A DNA stretch of 64,000 nt from Candidatus Melainabacteria bacterium (lineage in GTDB: Bacteria; Cyanobacteriota; Vampirovibrionia; 2-02-FULL-35-15): positions 4,084 to 68,083 of the forward strand of contig JAHFBE010000002.1 in NCBI GenBank assembly GCA_023250205.1. Reading direction: 5' to 3'. Positions within the stretch are counted from its first letter, which is position 1. Every line of letters starts with the position of its first letter. This document shows positions 53,794 through 61,300 of the stretch, in pieces. The translations under genes and the position numbers were made by a program. The notes under the pieces are model-generated. The model searched no databases, was not told the DNA's origin, and saw only the letters and a list, made by a program, of their open reading frames with translations.

Positions 53794-53979
53794 TTACTCG
53801 GCTGGTTGTTCTTGAGCGGGTGTTTCTTGTTGAGCAGGTTCACTGCCTTGTTCTTGTGCTTTTTTTGCACATTGACAACAACAACCAGTTAGAACAGCTA
53901 TTAATTGGATTGTTAAGACTGTGATTAAAAATTTTTTCATTTTTACTCCTTTTAAACTAAAAAGGGTTTGATTTAACAA
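53794..53979 (-). CDS. small lipoprotein
   Basis: Signal peptide plus lipobox (VLTGC), then a Gln/Glu/Pro-rich tail. Confidence 0.5.
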   Translation of the reverse strand: MLNQTLFSLKGVKMKKFLITVLTIQLIAVLTGCCCQCAKKAQEQGSEPAQQETPAQEQPAE

Positions 53980-53997
53980 ACCCTTTTTAGAATTACG

Positions 53998-54303
53998 TTA
54001 TTGACCTGCTGGTTTTTCTTCAGCTGGAGCAGCCATTTCTGTAGTAGCTGGAGCAGCATCCATTGCTGTTTCTTCAGCTGGAGCAGCCATTTCTGTAGCA
54101 GCTTCTTCAGTATCTTCTGCTTCTTCAGTGCCTTCTGCTTCTTCGCCGTCTTCTTCAGCAGCATCTTCAGTTGCTTCTTCGCCAGATTCTTGTGTTTCTT
54201 CTTCTGGTGCTTCTGTTTCTTCTTGTGGTTTTGGTGCAGCACATGCGGTCATATAGACCATTAACACTACTGCATAAAATAACAACGTAAGTTTCTTTAA
54301 CAT
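53998..54303 (-). CDS. small acidic lipoprotein
   Basis: Signal peptide plus lipobox (YMTAC), then a Glu/Ala-rich tail with TEMAAPAEE occurring twice. Confidence 0.55.
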   Translation of the reverse strand: MLKKLTLLFYAVVLMVYMTACAAPKPQEETEAPEEETQESGEEATEDAAEEDGEEAEGTEEAEDTEEAATEMAAPAEETAMDAAPATTEMAAPAEEKPAGQ

Positions 54304-54469
54304 TTATTTATCTCCTCTTTCATAAACTTGTTCATTACTGACAGGCTAATAATTTTTAACATACTTATTGTAGCTTAAAATTTTTCTAGAAAAACTTTCG
54401 TTATATTTGTATAACAAGATGTAATACGTAGTATTTTATATTTGATTTGTAATATTGAGATAATAATAC

Positions 54470-55369
54470 TTAGTCAATTGTAGTTTTAGTCCATACTAAT
54501 GGTTCTACTGTCTTTCCCAGCACATATATTCCCCAGTGTAGATGGGGACCACTTGCTATTCCTGTACTTCCTACTTTACCAATGGACTGTCCTTTTTTTA
54601 CAAGGTCACCTTCTTTTACTAATACAGAGCTTAAATGTAAATATCCAGTTACTACTCCATGTCCGTGATCAATAAAAATACAATTTCCATTCACAACAAA
54701 ACCTTTAGGGACTAGACCAACTAAAATTATTTTTCCACTTTCTGGGGCTTTTATAATGCTGCCTTGAACAGCTGCAAAATCAAGTCCTTTGTGAAAATAT
54801 CCTGGATTAATAACACCATTTACTCTTCTTTTAACGCCGTAAGCTGTAGATAGTGGCCCATTTGAAGGAAAAGAAAATTTACCGCTCCAGAATTTTTTAT
54901 CACTATAAGTATTTAATGCTTTGCCAACCAGATCTTTTTCAACTCTACTTGCCTTTAGTTCAGATACTGTTTTGGGTAAAGTTAGATCTTGAAGAGGGTA
55001 TTTTGTATCTTTAACAGTTAAGTTAATTTTTTTTGCCTGACCCTTATAGAAAATTTCAATTGGATAAGTCCCTGGTTTGTAATCAGCACTTATTGGAATC
55101 AGGGTTCTATACCAGCTTTCTGATAAGTTAAAGACAGGAAGCTTTGTTTTTTCAAAGAAAATCTTTGGAGTACTTTTGTCTTCAGAGGACTTTGTGATTT
55201 TTACTGATACCGTATCTCCAAGACTTGCAATTTCTGGTTTTACAACTACTTCAAAAGGGTCAGGATTAGCCTTAGACAAATTGCAACAAAAAACAAGCAA
55301 ACAGAGGATAAAAATAAAGCCTAAATGAAATTTATTTAATATTTGTTTAAGAGTTTTAATTTTTTTCAT
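54470..55369 (-). CDS. M23 family metallopeptidase
   Basis: Motifs HKGLDFAA, IDHGHG and GPHLHW, with an N-terminal signal/TM segment. Confidence 0.88.
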   Translation of the reverse strand: MKKIKTLKQILNKFHLGFIFILCLLVFCCNLSKANPDPFEVVVKPEIASLGDTVSVKITKSSEDKSTPKIFFEKTKLPVFNLSESWYRTLIPISADYKPGTYPIEIFYKGQAKKINLTVKDTKYPLQDLTLPKTVSELKASRVEKDLVGKALNTYSDKKFWSGKFSFPSNGPLSTAYGVKRRVNGVINPGYFHKGLDFAAVQGSIIKAPESGKIILVGLVPKGFVVNGNCIFIDHGHGVVTGYLHLSSVLVKEGDLVKKGQSIGKVGSTGIASGPHLHWGIYVLGKTVEPLVWTKTTID

Positions 55370-55555
55370 AACTCTACTATTTTATCTGGGCCTTAATCTA
55401 TTGTCTTGAATCAAAAAGGGATGAAATTTCTATTGCTAAAACTATATCCAGTGTGTATTCTTTATAGGTAAGAGCCCCTTATTTCAGATTTGCCCTAGTG
55501 GTAATATATTAAAGCCTATTTAGATAAAATATAATTTCAGGCCAGGAATACATAT

Positions 55556-56521
55556 ATGTTAGATCAAGAAAAATTAGCTCGTGAAGAAGTTTTAAAGAAA
55601 CTATCTATCAGTGAAGATACTTTGTCTTTATATGAACATGAGCTAGAAATGGAACACGACCCGGGTATTGGTGGGTTAGAAAATTTTACATCTGAAGATA
55701 TTGATTCAATTCAAACTTTCCATAAACTTCGTGAATCAGGACTTACATTTAATGAAATAAAGCTTTTATCGTCCTTTTCAGAAATTCTAAAAACTATTGA
55801 TTTTGAAGGACAAGAAAAATTAAAAGGAATCCTATCTTTATCTCCTGTATACAGATTAAAACAATCATTAAATTTGGCTCGTCAAGAACTTGATGCTATT
55901 AAGTCAAAAGCAAAAGAACTGGAAGAAACTTTAAATAGAGAAATATCCATTAGAACTTTACAGCCTTCTGAAACAGTTGCAGCATTGCAATCAGAGCTTG
56001 ATGCAAAACAGAAAATTATTAATAGCTTAGATCGAAAATTATCAGAAGCTTTGTCTAAAAATGGACAGCCACAAATAAAAGGCAAGAAGGCAAAAGAGCT
56101 TTATCAGGTTATTACTGAAAAAGAAACGGAAATCTCTGAAATAAAAAAGAAAAGTGAAGAATTAACAAATGAATTAAGTAAGAGTAAGGAACATGAATTT
56201 GAGCTGTCAGAGAGAATAGATCTGATGGAAGATGAAATAGCTGAAATGGAATTAGAAATTGAAGAAAGATATCATGAGCAAATTTCAAACTTAAGAGAAC
56301 AAATAGAAGGATTAATTGAGAAAAAACAAAATGAATGGGACACTTTCTTTTCTAAGACAGGTGAGCAACATAGAAAAGAGTTGTTAACTCTACAAAGAAA
56401 ACATGAGCAAGAGATCTTAAGATTAAAACAAGTCATTAAAGAACAAACTGAAGAAGTCGAAGAATTAAAAATGATTAGAAATCCTCTTGCTGGGCTGCTC
56501 AGGATGGGTTCAAGAAGATAG
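55556..56521 (+). CDS. coiled-coil protein with an N-terminal MerR-like HTH
   Basis: FTSEDIDSIQTFHKLRESGLTFNEIKLL, followed by about 230 aa of heptad-rich Glu/Lys sequence. Confidence 0.5.
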   Translation: MLDQEKLAREEVLKKLSISEDTLSLYEHELEMEHDPGIGGLENFTSEDIDSIQTFHKLRESGLTFNEIKLLSSFSEILKTIDFEGQEKLKGILSLSPVYRLKQSLNLARQELDAIKSKAKELEETLNREISIRTLQPSETVAALQSELDAKQKIINSLDRKLSEALSKNGQPQIKGKKAKELYQVITEKETEISEIKKKSEELTNELSKSKEHEFELSERIDLMEDEIAEMELEIEERYHEQISNLREQIEGLIEKKQNEWDTFFSKTGEQHRKELLTLQRKHEQEILRLKQVIKEQTEEVEELKMIRNPLAGLLRMGSRR

Positions 56522-56546
56522 TTTATACAACCAATAATGTGTGTTC

Positions 56547-56646
56547 ATGGGCTTACTTTTTTCTCACCCATACCCTTCGCTACACTTGTACGCTTAGTGC
56601 TTCCAACGTTTCGCTTTGGGTATGGGATTCGTTTATATAAGCCCAT
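56547..56646. repeat. 100-bp nested inverted repeat between convergent genes
   Basis: Outer arms: ATGGGCTTA (56547-56555) pairs with TAAGCCCAT (56638-56646). Inner arms: CCCATACCC (56567-56575) pairs with GGGTATGGG (56618-56626). Confidence 0.6.
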
Positions 56647-56716
56647 TTTGTCAGAAAAATGCTATATTCCCATAAAGGCACTTTTGAGATGAGTTCCAAT
56701 GACGCAACTAGTTAGA

Positions 56717-57424
56717 TTACTCTATGGACACACCCTGAAAAATTGATATTACCTCTGTAAGATTATTTACCAGATAATCTGGTTTTAATATTTCTAATTG
56801 TTCTTTAGATCTAATTCCTCTTGATATGCCTATAACTTTTCCATATTTTGCTAGTCTGCCTGCATGAATGTCTGTTTCAGTATCTCCGATAATCCAAGTG
56901 TCTTGTGCAGATAAATCGAGTTTATTTAATGCACTAACTAATAAGATTTGTTTTTCCTGAATATCATTTGTTATTTTATGATTATCGTTTAAACAAAAAA
57001 GATGATCATCATCTAGGTACTTGCTTAATTTGAATTGATTAATTGCATGTAATAACTGCTTTTGCCTTCTTAAAGTTACTATAAAGAAAGTGATTTTTTT
57101 TGATTTTAAGTATTCAAAGGTTTTTAGAATATCATCAAATAGCCTATCTAGCTCTAATAAATCAGTCCTAAAAGATAGCTCTTTCCTTGCCTCTGCAGAG
57201 CTTTTTGAGTCATTTGTCCCTAATCCGCTCATCAAACTTATTTCAAAATCAGTTATTCTGTTTCGTTTTAGATCCCAAAAGACCTCTTTTGTTAAAATTT
57301 GATTTTTATTAGAGTTAGTACCTTTTAAACTTCCAAGATATGCACGATAATATCTCTCAGAAACATCTATGATAGGTCCATCAAAATCAAAACATAAATT
57401 CATTTTACTTTTTTTTAAGTTCAA
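56717..57424 (-). CDS. HAD-superfamily hydrolase
   Basis: Motif I FDFDGPIID and motif IV GDTETDIHAG. Confidence 0.75.
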   Translation of the reverse strand: MNLKKSKMNLCFDFDGPIIDVSERYYRAYLGSLKGTNSNKNQILTKEVFWDLKRNRITDFEISLMSGLGTNDSKSSAEARKELSFRTDLLELDRLFDDILKTFEYLKSKKITFFIVTLRRQKQLLHAINQFKLSKYLDDDHLFCLNDNHKITNDIQEKQILLVSALNKLDLSAQDTWIIGDTETDIHAGRLAKYGKVIGISRGIRSKEQLEILKPDYLVNNLTEVISIFQGVSIE

Positions 57425-58364
57425 GACAAGCTTGAACTATCCTCTGTCAATTTATTCCACAGGATTGGATTTGGTGGGTAAACCACTCAAATCCTTTAGT
57501 TGCAAGTCTATTTTAATTTCATTTCTCATTTTACTTTGCTTATTACATCTATTATTTAATCATATACCAGCGTATGCAGAAAATAAAAATGTTACCAATA
57601 TACTAATACCCAAAATTCAAACCAAATTAAAACAATATCCTGGTCTTTTTTGCGGTGTTTATATTAAGCCAAGCTGGACAGATAACTATATAAATATAAA
57701 CGGTGATAGTGTGTTTCCTGCCGCAAGCCTGATTAAGATTCCAATAGCTGTTATCCTTCTTCAAAAAATTGATAAAAAAGAAATTTCCTGGGACAAAGTT
57801 CTTACTTTGAAACATTATCATTATGCTTCTGGTGCTGGGTATCTCCGTACAAGAAAAATTGGGACAAAGCTTACTCTTAGAGAAGCATTCAGATTAATGC
57901 TTACTATAAGTGACAACACTGCAACAAATATGATTATTGATGTTCTAGGTGGAGTAACTGCTACAAATAAACAAATATCAAAACTTAAATTAAAAAACAC
58001 AAAACTTGTTAGCTGGCTTGGAGATTTTAAAGGGACAAATAAGACCTGTCCTTGTGATTTAGCTAATTTACTTGAAAGATCTTTAGAAGGAGAGCTTTTA
58101 CTTAAAAGCTCAAGAAAAGTTTTAAAAAGTACATTATTAGATGTTCAAAATAAATCTCTAATAAAAAATGGGCTTGGCAGGTATACAAGATTTGCGCATA
58201 AGACAGGAACAATTGGCATTTGTGTGGGTGATGCAGGAATTATTTACTTTCCGTTTGGAAAAAAAGTGGCCATTTCAATCATTGTAAAGAGACCATTTAA
58301 TAGTTTAAATGGTCAAAAGATTATTAGAGAAATAAGTAGATTGATTTATGAATATTTGGGATGA
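57369..58364 (+). CDS. class A beta-lactamase-related serine hydrolase; the start is probably downstream, near the GTG at ~57473
   Basis: SxxK (ASLIKIP), SDN (TISDNTATN) and KTG (HKTGT) motifs. The ORF's 5' end overlaps the divergent HAD gene start. Confidence 0.6.
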   Translation: MIGPSKSKHKFILLFFKFKTSLNYPLSIYSTGLDLVGKPLKSFSCKSILISFLILLCLLHLLFNHIPAYAENKNVTNILIPKIQTKLKQYPGLFCGVYIKPSWTDNYININGDSVFPAASLIKIPIAVILLQKIDKKEISWDKVLTLKHYHYASGAGYLRTRKIGTKLTLREAFRLMLTISDNTATNMIIDVLGGVTATNKQISKLKLKNTKLVSWLGDFKGTNKTCPCDLANLLERSLEGELLLKSSRKVLKSTLLDVQNKSLIKNGLGRYTRFAHKTGTIGICVGDAGIIYFPFGKKVAISIIVKRPFNSLNGQKIIREISRLIYEYLG

Positions 58365-58397
58365 AATAAAAGTCGGATTTGTAAATAACCTTTTAAT

Positions 58398-61300
58398 TTA
58401 GTAAACACCAGCGCCAGATTCACAGCTACCATCAATAAAATCAATTCTATCGAAGATACGATCGTTTACAGTAGGATTGTCGTTAGATTTGACATAGCCA
58501 TTAGCAAAATCTTTTAAAGTTCCTTCAAAGAGAGAGTTGTTCCCTCCAAGCCAAAATTCATGTTCAAGTCCACCTTCTTTAAACCAAGCATTGTTAATAG
58601 GTTGTTGCCCAGCCATTACTTGTTCAGGTCTTATACTGCGACCATGACCATGGAAGTAGAATGCTAATTCAATTTTTGCATTTGGATTATTAGTACGAAG
58701 CGTTCTTGCTGTGGTTAGGGTAGCATTTATCTTTGTTTGAAGCGCCATAACATCTGGCAAAGTGTCTCCACTAACATCGTAAATAGCGACATTGTTTGCA
58801 GGATAATTTAACCTGTTTCTAAGAATATGCTCTATATAAGCAACAGTTTTCTCTTTAATAAATCTTTCTGCTTCTGGATCAGGACCCTGTATTATACCCA
58901 GTGCTTGTGCTATATCAGAAATAAAGGAAAAAAGAGGTGGCTGATTGTTTTCTCCCTGGACTGTTCCCTTAATAATTATTGCAAATCTATACACGGGTGA
59001 TGCTGGATTTGGTGGAACTCCCCAGGAAGGGCTAGAGGGTATTTGTATAGGCATAGGGGGTTGAAATGCTTTTCCAAGGTGTGCAACCCAGTTATTCAAT
59101 GTATTTTGAAATGCATCACTTAAATTCCCACTGGAATTAATTAAGCGTGAAAACAAAAATAATGGGAATGGATCTACAAAATTTGCATGATAATAGGGCT
59201 TATATGTTCGATTGCTTGGGGGACCATTTTGAACAGAAGCCACCATAAACTCATAGTTTAATGAACCTGCATTTCTTCTGCCAAATACTTCATTAACAGG
59301 ATCAATAGGACCATCTATACCCGCAATATCAGGCCAAAAGTTTGTTCCCATTGTAATAGCATTTTCATAATCTGTTAATGCCTGAGCTGGTGATATCATT
59401 GCAGCCAATAAGTCTGCTCTATTGTTATAACGAACTCTTACCCAGTTGCCATTACCACCAGCTTGGGGAGGTACAGGAGGAAACATTAATGTTAGATCTC
59501 TTGGGAACCACCCGGCATATGCAAATAAATGTTGCCAAGTAGCAGCATAATATTTTGTAGTAGCTTGAGGCCAGCGTTTTAGTAAGCTATCTCGTTCATT
59601 AATAGTTAAAGATATGTACCCTTGCATGTTGTATGTTTCACGATTCTGAGCATCAGTAATAGGACTAAGAACAGTATTAATAATCTCAAGCCAGGGTTCA
59701 AGTTCAGGAGGAACAGGCTGATAGTGAATAGCCTGATCTCTAGCTTCTAATACAACGCAGTTATTTAATTCTTCAGGAGGCAAACTGCATAAACTACTAC
59801 CTGCTGAAGGATCGCCGTCATAATATGCATATATTAAGTCTTTTACAAAAGAAGAACATTGTGCACAATTACTACTTAAGTCAAATACATCTATATGCCT
59901 AGTAATATTAGGTGGTTCAACTTGTGGTGAACTTAAATAAGGACAGCTTGCAGAAAGTGTTTCAATGGTAGCTCCTCTATTAAAAATACTTTCTTCAACG
60001 CCATCATCTAATTTAACTGTCAGATCTGCTGGTAGTAAACAAGAATTGTTAGATTCAAATCCTAATGCGGCTTGAAGCGGACTAATTGGAGCATCATCAG
60101 GGACATCATCTGGTTCATGAATACACTGCGGTGTTCCTGAACCATCATCAAAGCATTTAAATCCCTCGGGACAATTAATTTCTTCACAGACATTAGTTGT
60201 TGCTGTGTAAACATTAACAGGATTATCATTTGTGTTTAATGTAGGAGTTAGTTCTTGCGTAGGTTCAGTCTCTGCTAAGGATGAAGCAGTAGGTTCAGGA
60301 GTAGTTTCGCTATTGTCTGGTTGAAGATTTTCTGTATTAGTAGTTGGTTGTATCTCTGGAATAATGGTTGAATTAGGAGTTTCTGCTGGTTGTTCGGTAG
60401 TTGTTGTTGTTGAAGCAGGTTCAATAGGATTATTTTCAACGGGAGGAGTAACAGTTGTATCAGTTGATAAGGTTGTTTCAGTACTTGTTTCAATTGTAGG
60501 GAGTGACTCAGGGGTTATAGAAGGAGCAGGTGTTATTGTAGGTTCTGTAGGTTGTTCAGTAGTAAGATCTATGGCAGATAGAACACATTCGCTATTTATA
60601 CAGATCAATCCTTGTAGACAATCAGCATTAGTAACGCAAGATGCATTTCCAGTCCCTGGTGAAGAACCTAAGCTATCACTGAGTCCTGGTTGCGTTTCAG
60701 TAGTGGTTGTAGATTGAGTTTCGGTGGTGGTAATAGTTCCAGGAGAAGGTTCAGGAGCAAGTGTTGGTTCAGTTGATGGTGAATGTGTAGATCCGGTTCC
60801 GGGCAATATTGCTGTTTTAGTTTGAAATATGGCGTAATCATTATAAAAATTTTTAAAAGCAGGTTCTGCTATAGGTACTACTATTACATCAAAATTTGTT
60901 TTGTCTTTAAGCCAATCTTGCAATTTAGGTAAGATGTCTTCTAACATTGGTTTTTGAGAAAGAGCAATTCTCCTGTCAAAGTTTAGAGAGTTAATAAATG
61001 TATGAAATGAAATAACCGCATTATTACCAAACTGATTGACTAATCTTTCACCTAGCGGGCTAAGGTATTTACCATCAAAACTCTGTACTGGTTTCTTTGC
61101 GGTATGGCTATTTCCATAATATATAAGAGCTTTAAAATTAGTTGTTGCTTTAGAAATGTTTATAACATTTTCTTCTATTGTGTCTTCTCTCAACTTCCTT
61201 GGGATAAATTTATATAAATCATCATCAAGAGCAACAACATCAGTATCTATACAATTAACTTTTAATCCTGCCTTTTTTGCTGCAATAACTAATGGGATGA

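Noticed and set aside
53973-54264. Overlapping ORFs 53973..54242 (minus strand, Lys-rich) and 54001..54264 (plus strand, Phe/Ser/Cys-rich).
   Set aside because: They are alternative-frame shadows of the acidic lipoprotein gene 53998..54303. Only that gene has a signal peptide and lipobox.
58398-58700. Legumain/clan-CD-like dyad at the C-terminus of the 1715-aa protein (FYFHGHG ... IDGSCESGAG, compare legumain EACESGS).
   Set aside because: The protein ends 7 residues after the Cys, so the strands that follow the catalytic Cys in caspase-fold peptidases are missing. The His-Cys spacing of about 75 aa is also long. This is probably a coincidental motif.
60364-60717. Identical plus-strand ORFs 60364..60717 and 61822..62187, and minus-strand ORFs 60275..60493 and 61583..61951.
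   Set aside because: They are shadow ORFs of the 410-bp direct repeat inside the 1715-aa gene. They are useful only as evidence that the repeat copies are identical.
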